Part shown: one piece after another, positions 1 to 10,300 of the stretch
Layout of the letters: the number at the start of each line of letters is the position of its first letter
Numbering within the stretch: position 1 is the first letter of the stretch
Origin: Cercozoa sp. M6MM
Taxonomy: Eukaryota > Protista > Endomyxa: Ascetosporea
Strand: one strand, 5' to 3'
NCBI GenBank assembly: GCA_040357565.1
Contig: JBDODJ010000113.1
Length of the DNA stretch: 37,059 bases
The notes under the pieces: generated by a model
What the model was told of the DNA's origin: nothing
What the model saw: the letters and a program-made list of their open reading frames with translations, nothing else
Databases searched by the model: none
Made by a program: the position numbers and the translations under genes

Positions 1-40
1 CCCCCCCCCCCGTTTGCTCCCCTGTTTACTCCCTCCCCAG

Positions 41-526
41 GCGCCAGGCAACGTGCGCGTGCAGTTGGAAGTGCAAAAACACCGTCGTTTTCGTCGCAGC
101 GGCAACGATCTGCACACGTCGCTCGTTGTGGTAGTTTTGCCCCCCTCCCTTTACTCCCTTTACCCTCCCACAGTCACTGAAAGAGGCGCTGCTGGGCTTT
201 GAGAAAACCGTGACTCATATGGACGGTCGCAAGGTCGTTGTGAAACGGCATGGCGTCACTGCACATGGCTCTATTGTCGAGGTGCCCAATGAAGGCATGC
301 CGCATCATCAGGTAGCCTTTCTATAGCCTACCTACCTTCCTTATCCCCCACCCCCCAGGTGCCCTCGGAGTTCGGCTCGCTGTTCGTGACGATCGAAACG
401 CGTTTTCCCAAGCAGCTCGATCAGCAGCAGCGAACGCAGCTGCAAGCTCTACTTTCGGCTGACTCTGGCATCCAGTATGCCAGCGCACCGACTGGCACTC
501 TGCCCAATCAAGCCGCCCAGGAGTAA
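41..526 (+). CDS. DnaJ/Hsp40 co-chaperone, C-terminal substrate-binding part (5' end outside the window; DNAJA/DNAJB11-like)
   Basis: Three exons joined across GT-AG introns (131-173, 312-358) read APGNVRVQLEVQKHRRFRRSGNDLHTSLVV-SLKEALLGFEKTVTHMDGRKVVVKR...PNEGMPHHQ-VPSEFGSLFVTIETRFPKQL. These are the DnaJ_C motifs. TAA at 524-526. Confidence 0.9.
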
Positions 527-649
527 TCTCATTCTGATTACGCTGTACAAGCTGATTTAAAAAGTAACAAACACGGTCAATTCAGACTAAATCCGTCAAG
601 ACCTTGCCGCATCCGCGGGGAGCGGCGAGAAAAAACGAAACCGAAAACA

Positions 650-2324
650 TTAGGTCGCAGACGTCGCAATAGCAGCTGGCGGTGCAGCTCCCTGCTCCCG
701 TATCTGTTTGGGTGACTCATCTTGCTCAGTTGTCCTGTCACAACTTGATTCAGCTGCAGGCGTTTCTGCAACTGGCGTTTCCGAGGCAAGAGTTGTTCCT
801 GCTGGCGCGTCCGAGGCAAGAGCTTCTGCAGCTGGCGTTTCAGAGGCAGGTTGAGGCGTTTCCAAAGTGGACGTTTCCGAAGCAGGTGTTTCCACGGTTT
901 GCTGAGTCGGCAGGCGCGCGATGAAGCGCTCGAGCTCGTGCGTGGCCGACAGAGCATCGGCGAGTCGTTCCTGCAGTTTCTTCTGGTGCTCTGAGAACTG
1001 CGTGTTGAGGTGCGACGTGCGCTTCACGGTGCAGGCGACCACGAGGCCGTGCTTGGGCGGCAATGAGTGCGCCTTTTGCATGTGCTGCCAGTCACAAAGT
1101 TATCGAGTTTAATTGTATCTAGATGTATCTGTATACAAAAGAGAGGCACCTTTTTGAGGGTGGAGCCGCGCGAGAACTCCTTCTTGCACTCGTCAAAGAA
1201 GGGACAGCGGTACGGCTTGATGTGACTGTGCACCAGCAGGTGTCGCTTCGTCGTCGTCAGCTCGGCGAAGCGTTGTCCGCAGATCGAGCCGTCCTCCTTC
1301 ACGACGCGGCATTCGAATGGTCGCTGTGCACCAAGCAAAAATTGACACCAAGCAAAAATTGATAGATAGATAGATGGATACATGTACAGATGGAGGGATG
1401 GATAGATAAAATAGATAGATGTTCGTAAAACGATATATATATATAATACAGCAATACAGTATATCAATCAAGTTTAGACACAAAAAGAAAAGGAAGGCAA
1501 CCTCCTGCGTGTGCGTGCGAATGTGACGCGCCAACGTCGATCGCTCGCGGAAGGCCGTGTTGCACGTCTTGCACACGAACTTTTTCGAGTTGGCGTCGTG
1601 TTTCTTCATGTGTCGCTTCTGCAGAACACACAGTTCCAGTCCCGTTTCAGTCCCAGTCCCATTCAGTCCCGACCCAGTCCCAGTCCAGTCAGTACCAGTG
1701 TGAAGGCCACCGAGAAACACTGAGCGCAAATCGGACAGCAGAAACGACGCGACGGTGAATTGCTGCCTGACTCGTCACTGTGCACAGAGACAGATATTAT
1801 AGTACTATATATATATATATATAATATAGTGTATATCTGTTGAGATAGGAGTTACGATGACCCCGACTCCGTTGTGCCGATCTGCGGGACGGCAGCAGTG
1901 ATGGCAGGCGTCGACACAGAGGCCACCACTCGGGACAGCGACATCGGCACCGACAGGGCCAACGGCGCTGCCAGTGTCGACGCCACTGGCGGCACTACGA
2001 ACGGCACCGACGTCACCGGTGCCGTCACCGTCGTCGGATTGCGCAGCCGTCTCCTCTTTGCGCTCGGCTCGCCCGTTGTTGCGTGCCGCATTTCCTGACG
2101 CAGGCCCATGAGAGCATTGACCACCGAAGTCGTCTGGACCTGCAGGCACGCACCAAACAACGTGGACACAAAAACTAAAATACGAAAGTTGTGCTACATC
2201 ACTCAGCGAGAACGTGTTGAAGACTAAAGGCCGCGGCTTGGGTGCCGCTTGTTCATTTCTACCCGAGATAAGTGGGTAACACAGCCCACAATCAAAGAAA
2301 ATGGGATTCTTACCGGTCGAGCAT
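650..2324 (-). CDS. C2H2 zinc-finger protein, 4 fingers, with a low-complexity ETPA-repeat C-terminus
   Basis: Spliced fingers: FCCPICAQCFSVAFTLKRHMKKH, FVCKTCNTAFRERSTLARHIRTH, FECRVVKEDGSICGQRFAELTTTKRHLLVH, YRCPFFDECKKEFSRGSTLKKHMQKAH. Linkers are TQERPF and SHIKPY; NLS-like AKRRRLR upstream. The start ATG at 2324 (MLDR, gtaag donor) is inferred. Confidence 0.88.
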
Positions 2325-2674
2325 TCCACAACTTCCACAGCCAAGATGCGTTTACACAAGTGGCTCTCGCACACAAAAATTCGAGCGTGGCTTAATACCA
2401 AAATCACTAGAGAGTTGTTTCTAGGAGAGCTCAGGTCGCCCAGTTCTTGAAAACTACCCGATCTCACTTGGACCTCGGGAACTTCTTTCGGTGGTCACTT
2501 TAATTGATCAGTATCACGTGACCTGCCATAGACTTGTATTTTTGAGATTTATCTGACTGCACCGGTGTGTATCGATAGATTTACTAACGCTTGGGGATTT
2601 AAAGTGAGTTGACTCTTGGCATTTTCTTTCAATTACTTTTTGCCACCATAGTTTTTGCTTTTGTTCGCAGAAAG

Positions 2675-5039
2675 TCAGATTTTCTCGGCTTCGCCACTGG
2701 CGGTCAGGGTTGGCTTCAACGAGCGTGAGGCACGCCCAACGAGCGGCGTGGAAAGTTCCTGAAGTTGTGTGTGGATTCAGTTGCCCATATGGGATCTATC
2801 GTGGTTAAACGTACGCGGAACGAGTCGTCTTCAACGTCGACGTCGATGTTGAGAGAGTCGCGTGGATTGGCAATGATGAAGGGCGAGTCCTTGGACCGGC
2901 GACGTCGCTTGCTGAGTCGCACAAAACGACAACTCAACAAATACTAATTTTTAAATGGTTTACGACTACTACATTTACTGTAAATAGTTGTGTATATATT
3001 ATATATATATATATATACGATATAATATGGATACGAGAAACGAACCTCTTGCGACGTTTCTTACTGCGCCGCTTAGCGTCACGCTGGGCTTCGTTAGTGC
3101 TCAACACGGAGTCGGTGCTCACGAAGCTTGCGAACAGAAAGCTTGTGGCCCCGAGATACAGGCACATGGAGACCGGGAACATGATCCAGAAGTTGCTCTC
3201 CTTGGTCAGCACGTCGTGCACGACTGTTCCGAGTGCGAGTAGCAGCACTCCCGTTGCAAACTTGTCCCACTCGCACATCGACACGAAGCGCGTCTCTTTT
3301 TCAAGTGCTTCCTGTGTCGGGACTCCCTTTGAGACCACTGAGCTGATGGCCCACGCCATCAGTGCGATGGCGAACGACACGGAAAGGCCGAGCACGAACG
3401 GCGCGCGCTGCGTGCGAATCAGTGCAACTACCGTAGCTGCCGTGAAGTTCATCCAGCATACTAAGTTCTGCGACAGCTGCGGTCCTATCGAGGCCAGCAA
3501 CAATAGGGCACTGCCCAAAAGCACCAAGACGCATGTCTCGGCTGTTACTTGGAGTGCTCTTCGTGCACTAAAACCGGGACCAAGCTGCATACATCAAACA
3601 CCACTAGCCATCGTATCGCAATTAATACATAGATGCACATAGTACCTCAGACAAACTGTAGACGAAGAGCATCACAGCAGCGACGAGACAGATCAGTTTC
3701 TCGCACCATCGTCCACTTGGACAGTACGCATAGGGCAGCAGTGAGATCGCAGTTTGCACTAGGAGAAGCACAATGGCAGTTGCCACCGAGCCACTGATTT
3801 TCGTCTCGCACGGACTGCCTTTGTGAAGCAGATCGCATTGACACTGTCCTTGTTCGTACTTTTTGAAGTCGCCGGGGGATTTCACGACCTGACACGAACC
3901 TTGTTGGTTGCAGTCAAGACCACACGGACTGAGCAACACTTCGACGCCTCCGATGGACATGTTTGGCTGCACCGCTTGCGAGGCTGAATCAGCTCGAATG
4001 TCGGCTCGGAAGACCAAAACCTACAGTGTCGACAGTGTACATTCCTATCGCATGTGCATTGTATGCGTACTGATGTATCGTACATTCCACCCAACTAAAG
4101 GGTATCGGTCGTGTTGCAGAGTTCCGTAAGTCGAAACAGTCGCTTCTTTGCGCCCTGTTTTGATATTGAACGCAACTCTCCAGCCTGGCGAAACAGTGAC
4201 ACATGAACTCAATTGAAGTTCCAGTTCAATTTAAACTTAGACGACAGCACAAACCTTCAGTTCTTATAAGGTGCTGTACCAGCGAGTTCGTCAGGCACGT
4301 GGAAGGCAAAGGTGTACTGCTTGCCGAAATGGATGAAGCGAAAGGTGTCATGCTTGAACGACACTATGTTTTTCTTTCGATTCACGTGCGGAAGCAGCAG
4401 GCGATGCGTCTCGTCCTCTTGTCCACCCTTGAGTAGTTCGCAGTAGTCTGTGGATCCCAGCACACGCCAATGCGGAGGCGACAACTCGACCTGACGCTCA
4501 AGAAGGTCGCGATGGAACACTCGCTGAACCGACCTCAGCACACGTTTCGTGTGCTTGGAGAAGTACTGTTCGTGCGAAAACAGTCTCGTTTGGACACGAA
4601 TTTCGCTTTTCTTTGGATTGTAAACCCGGCTCGGACGGTTCTGCTCGCGCATATTGAGAAAGAACGTCACAAACACGCGAGTCGTTTGCGTGACATTGCA
4701 TGGATTGCGCAGTCCGTCTTCTGCGAGAACGATGGGCAAGGCCTTTCGCTCGATCCAATCGTTGATTTGGAGATTGGCGTCAGTGCATCGTTGCGCTCGC
4801 AAAGCTACGCCACTGCCGTGATCCACGCTGATGCAGGCTCTGAGCGACGGGAGCTCTTTAGATCCGAAAACTGTCAATTCGAGCACCTTCGTGTCATTCG
4901 GAATCTCGACCACCAGCTGCGAGATTTCGTTGTCTTGAATGTCAAGAAGGTTGCTTTTTTCGCTGAGCACTTGTCCGGAGCACTCGTAGAAGACGAAGCG
5001 AAGCAAAAGCAATCCCAAGAAGAACGGAATCGGTGACAT
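2675..5039 (-). CDS. Signal peptide + large ectodomain + EGF-like domain + 7TM protein, TMEM8/PGAP6-like architecture
   Basis: Signal peptide MSPIPFFLGLLLLRFVFYECSG; EGF-like CGLDCNQQGSC...GQCQCDLLHKGSPC immediately before seven hydrophobic segments; basic tail. GT-AG junctions keep frame. The last intron is uncertain (alternative stop at 2716). Confidence 0.65.
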
Positions 5040-5454
5040 GTTAACGTTGTCGCCAGAGATGGATGGAACTGCTCAGTGGTGCTCTGAGCTAATTTACTAA
5101 AATGCACTATGCCTTCTTCGGTTCGAACGGGGCCCTACAGTTTACATCTAGCCATAGATATCCAAGGCGGTTTCTTATCCGGTCAGAAAACTGAAACTGA
5201 AACCACAGTGAGCGCTGAGTCAGGTCTCCGCCGGGTTGAGTCACCCGTTCGGCATTAGGCCCAGGGTTAAGCGCAGGGGAAACTGGCTGTCGCTGAAACC
5301 CTCGTCCGCAAGACTAGGAGCTGTACGATAGTGTGGTGAGACACAGTCGGAATACTATAAGTTTAAGAACTCGTCTAGATCGTTTCAGTCAGTTTTGCGA
5401 GTTCCTCCAAGTCGAGTCTCAGCCAGAGGTGCAGGAGTTCTTAATCCCTTTACT

Positions 5455-5532
5455 TCACTGGCGACCGAGTTCCTTGCCGTCGCGGCACTCGCACACAGGC
5501 TGCAGTACGAGGTGGCATCATCTCAAGATAGT

Positions 5533-5580
<48 letters not shown>

Positions 5581-5684
5581 CGTGNNNNNNNNNNNNNNNN
5601 NNNNNNNNNNNNNNNNNNNNNNNNNNNNNNNNNNNNNNNNNNNNNNNNNNNNNNNNNNNNNNNNNNNNNNNNNNNNNNNNNNNN

Positions 5685-5727
<43 letters not shown>

Positions 5728-6108
5728 CACGAATGAGAAAGAGGCCAATGGTACAGTCAGGTGGTCGTTGCAGAAGCCTGGTGGTGAACAAACGAACAAA
5801 CACGTGGGATACAAATTGTGCAAGCAAGAGACGAGTATTGGTTGGTACAGTGCGCAGCGTAGTTGACGGGACACGTGATGGAGCACACCGGGTACTCGCT
5901 CGGGTAGGGACTGCAGTTGAGGTTGTAGTGCTCGCAGCCGAGACCCACACAGCAGGACGAATTGCCCGAGACTACATGAAGAGTCTTCTATCAGTTATCA
6001 CAGGCACGGGGAGGTGATTGTACCAGGGTCCGGCAAGCCTGGGTAGAGGCCCCCCGGCTGGGCAACCACACCGCCGACAGAAAGCAGCACCAGCAGCGAC
6101 TTGATCAT
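5455..6108 (-). CDS. Small secreted cysteine-rich protein A (about 91 aa, 10 Cys)
   Basis: Exons 6108-6024, 5971-5849, 5777-5755 and 5499-5455 are all GT-AG and in phase: MIKSLLVLLSVGGVVAQPGGLYPGLPDPVSGNSSCCVGLGCEHYNLNCSPYPSEYPVCSITCPVNYAAHCFCNDHLTPVCECRDGKELGRQ*. The last intron contains the N gap. An alternative in-frame donor exists at 5812. Confidence 0.78.
5535..5730. repeat. (CA)n microsatellite spanning a 100-N assembly gap, intronic
   Basis: Seen directly; Ns at 5585-5684. Confidence 0.97.
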
Positions 6109-6432
6109 CTTAATCTACGAACACTCACAACATCACGGCGTATGCAATGCTATATCGCAGTTCTTGGGTCGAGGGAGAGCTTACAGAGTCTTTGCGAAGT
6201 GCGAAGTGCGAAGGGGGTGTGGTCCTCCATGAACATCTCGGTGTCACAGTATAGCCGGAGTAGGCCGCAATAACGGCCGATTGGCTGCCCATCAGTCGCT
6301 TGTCGCACTTTTTCTAACTGCCTACCTGGGAAACCGTCGCAAACGAGGACTGCGCAGGAAGGTTTCTCTGTGCATCGACTCTTCTGTCGCTTTTTGCTGT
6401 CTTTGGTCTAAAATCACATTCACAAGTATCCC

Positions 6433-7033
6433 ATGCGTCTGTTGCTTTTGGTCGCTGGTCTTATCGTCGCCGCGGTGAGTTACTATTCTGCCGAGTGCGG
6501 TTTCGCACTTCTGTGTTCGTGTTGTTTCGCTGACGAATGAAATTGTGGTGTACGTGCGCTGTAGAGCGCGACAAGCATGATCGAGCCCGAGCTCGAGAAC
6601 GTCAACACCTGCTGCTGCATTGGCCGAAAGATTCCGCACGGTGAGAAGAGCAACATCCCGCCATTCATCAGCATTGTTTTTCTATTACTGATATGTCACT
6701 CTCATGAATGAGTACTTGCAGGCTGGGCTCCGAACGCTGACTGTCCCAGTGGCGGCCGGTGCGATGCGGTAGGCCGTGTTTCAACTTCTTCGACGTTCAT
6801 TCGAAGAAATTACCTGTTTGGATAGATAGAGGGAGACTCGGCGAGTTGCGACATCTGCTGTGGCCCTGGCTATGTCGCCGACTGTTCGTGCCAGGTACAG
6901 CAGATGCACTCTTGTGTTTCAGTACAGTTACTGTACATGCCTTGACCGACAAGTATTTACCATACAGAATGTTGCCGGCACCGAGTTCTCCACCGCCATG
7001 TGCCGCTGCCTCAGCATCACCAGTGACTACTAA
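6433..7033 (+). CDS. Small secreted cysteine-rich protein B (99 aa, 12 Cys)
   Basis: Exons 6433-6474, 6565-6640, 6722-6768, 6826-6894 and 6968-7033 are all GT-AG and in phase: MRLLLLVAGLIVAASATSMIEPELENVNTCCCIGRKIPHGWAPNADCPSGGRCDAIEGDSASCDICCGPGYVADCSCQNVAGTEFSTAMCRCLSITSDY*. Confidence 0.85.
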
Positions 7034-7372
7034 GCGCGACATACTGCGGAGTGTCACCTTTACCTAAGTTCACAGTGCAAGTACAGTGAGTACAGTGAGT
7101 TTGGTCGTAAGTCTGGTTATTTTTGGCCCATGATGCCGCGAACCGACGTTCTGAAAATTCTGGAACAAACTGCGACTGTTGGGAGCCTAAGGCCACGCAC
7201 TACCTGTTGAGTGAGCAGTGGCCTTTCGATGACCAAATAGCATAATTAAGGGGTGTTAGACCTTTGATTTTTTTTTTTGCACTGGCGGTGAATCTACTGT
7301 GCTGCCAGTTTACTATTACTAGGCTAGTCTACTAAACCCGGTGAGACGGGCGACGTGAGCTCAAGGCTCCAT

Positions 7373-10300
7373 TCACTTGCCAAACCAGCGCGAAAATAAT
7401 CCTCGCTTGCGTCGAGCGCGCTCGGTCGAGTCGTCGGACGAGCCTGCTGGCGGAGGCAAGTCGTACCTGTCAAAAAACAGATACTCCTGTCGACGCAGCA
7501 CAACAGAAACAGTAGAAGGTAAAACTACGCATTGTGGGCAGCTGGCATTGGTTTCGAAATGTCGTTGCGTCCATTTCGCACCCAAGTGCGATCACTGCAC
7601 ACAAGAAGTTTGTTTTTCGAAACCGGTAAGAACCAAATAATCACAGGGCACCCAATAACGGATCGGTAGTCGAGGAATTCTTGCTCCTGTTGCTTCTCAT
7701 CGTCATTGTCGGCGTTCTGAGTTCTCGCACTCCGCGGCGGCGTGTCACTCACTTGCGGCGCCGTGCCGTTCGCCTCGGCGTCTTGCCTGCACCGAAAGCT
7801 TGCGATATTCAATTAACCCAACTGATTAAATTTAGAGTCAACAGCTTTCGTACAGAATGGCATTAAAGAAGCCAGGCAGGATGCCGAGTGACTTCAGTTC
7901 CATTCGGCCTTGTTCGGTTTCGGCGAGTGCGTTGTAGTGCACCAGGCGTTGAAAGCCATTGAGCCACCGGTCGAGGATCTCGGAGTCAGCAAACTCAAGA
8001 TCTACAGGACAAATAAACATTCAAAAAAACCTTGTTTCAAGATAAGGTCGTAAAACACCGAGTGTCTTGCGCGACACAACATAGAAGGTGACGCAGTTCT
8101 CCGAGGGCGCACTCACTGCCTTGCGCAGAGCACTGGTGTTCTTGCCGCGTCGGAAGTGCGTAATGTGCTGTATCGAAATCGAGCCGGAGGTCCACTGAAG
8201 TCGCGTTCCGTCGGTCGAGATCTGCAACAGTCGGAAGTGCGGTCGGCCTCGTTTCATGTGTTTCACCACTCTATATGGTGCGCATCTAAGTCTTTGGTGG
8301 AAAAAAACAAGAGCAGAAGAATACCTGGTGCCAATCACAGACTCGAACACAAACTGGTGCCAAATGCGCTGCTCGTCCGTCAGCGTGCGCGCATGAGCCG
8401 TGCCTTGTACTCCCACTAGAGACAGAAGAAGGGGTATACATAAAGGGAGGTAGATACAGGAGAAAAGTGGTACACTCGTTGGCAAAGGACGCGACCTGCT
8501 GCTCCTGCTCGGTGGCATTGTACTCGACTCCCTTTCGTTCGCAAATTCGTCGTTTTGCATCTCTGGCGAGGGCACGCACTTTTAGCACCTTGCAGGCCAC
8601 ACGCACCGTCTTTCGCAGCTTCAATCTGATGTTGCAATAGGTGGACAAAACTGATACGAAAGAAAGATAGAATTGTACAGTGCACGCTGACGTCGGATGG
8701 CTCGATGCAAAACAATAGCGGAATGCACAGTTCCAATTGCAAGTCGCCAGCGCTGTTTCGCTAGATGGCGTCGTATCCGAACTTTCATTTCCTAAACACG
8801 CACACAAAACTTTGAAGTTGCGACACATGAGCGCATGAGAAAATAAACCGTCGTAAAGGGTCGATTGCCCCAGGTACGCACTTGTTCGATCGCTGTCGCC
8901 GCTGCACCGGCTCGGAAAAAGACTTTCGAAGTGCCGACTTCGCACTGCGAGGCGTCAATGTCGAAAGCTGCCAACAGCGCAGGCACCGCATGTCTTGGCG
9001 CCAGTTTTCGCAGTCGTTCCGATTCGTTTAATGCACTGCTTTAGATCAGAGCAATGTTTGCATTGGTATATTTTAGAAGTGCTTTACAGTCGTAAGGAGT
9101 GCTGTAGTTCAGTGAGTGGCCTGTCAAAAGCAAAACAATAATACTGTTTTAATCAGTTTGCCAGCGAACAGCGTACAGTCTTGAAGGATAGCCCAGCTTC
9201 ATCACTGTTAATGCCTCGACCTAAGCAACACCATCTCGGAACAACTGAAAAAGTGTAAAGGTGTAAGAGCGATCCTACAATGCCATTGGCGCGCAACTGA
9301 CGTCGCACATAGTCAACCTCAAACAGTGAGGACGATTTCGATGCATTCGGCTTGATGCAACGCAAAAAGTGAGCTCGCGTTTTTCCCAACTGCGGTCATC
9401 CAAGCCAATGAATCATGAAAACCGGCGGAAGCACACAACGAACTAAAACGAAAGCGAACTGACCATTTCGACAAGTGCGGCCACTTGAGTTCGAAACACT
9501 CGACCAATAGTTTTGCTCTTTTTCTTGCGCCGATTGCCACTCGCTGCACTGGTTGCTTCCTGCAAAAACATTCAGTTTCATCAGTTTCAGAGTCACAAAG
9601 CAAGATCAACGGTAAGTTTTTCACCTGTGGGTATAGACGATTCAGCAGCGGAGCGCGCGACTGTGACAACAGCTGCGGTGTGTCCTCGTGCACTGCGTCT
9701 GCATCCTTGTGCAAGAAGTCGGAGGCGTCGTAAGTCACATCGCCAGCAAAATGCGAGATAACGAAACGACTGATTCGCCAACAACCCAGTTAAATTTTCA
9801 CGTTTATTGATTTTGGACTCACCCGCGCGGAAGCACTCGGAAGACCGGGGCGTTTTCGTCGTCTAAAACGAAAGAGTCGCTGGATCGAATGACGTGTAAA
9901 CCAAAAGCTATTTCCATACCTTCGAGTTCACCAGGCGCAATTGACAGCACTTCATCGTCCTCTGTGCAAAGCATGAGGTGACAAAAAAAAAGGGATCAAA
10001 CAAGAAACTGACCGTGTTTGGAGCGCGACTTCGAGTGTTTCTTGCTCTTTTTCGACTTTTTCAAACGCTTTTCGCCGTGCCGTTTCTCTAAAACACCATG
10101 CATATCCACGTATCTGCACGTCTGGGATATGGTACGTGCGTTGCGCAGGAACAGATCCGCATTGCCTCCGGGTGCAGTGCTGCACAGTGATTCACTCACA
10201 TGGAGAGAAGGAGAGAGAGAGGGGGAGCGCTCGATTCAACAAGTGAAGTTGTACATTGCAGCTTCGATCAAAGCAAACAAGCCAAAGCGAGCATCGTTCA

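Noticed and set aside
5110-5330. tRNA or other structured ncRNA (GGTTCGAA at about 5120); two TGAGTCA AP-1-like sites
   Set aside because: No cloverleaf or acceptor stem could be built. The 7-mers alone are not sufficient evidence.
5333-5950. ORFs with HTHT/VCVC runs
   Set aside because: These are translations of the (CA)n microsatellite and the N gap.
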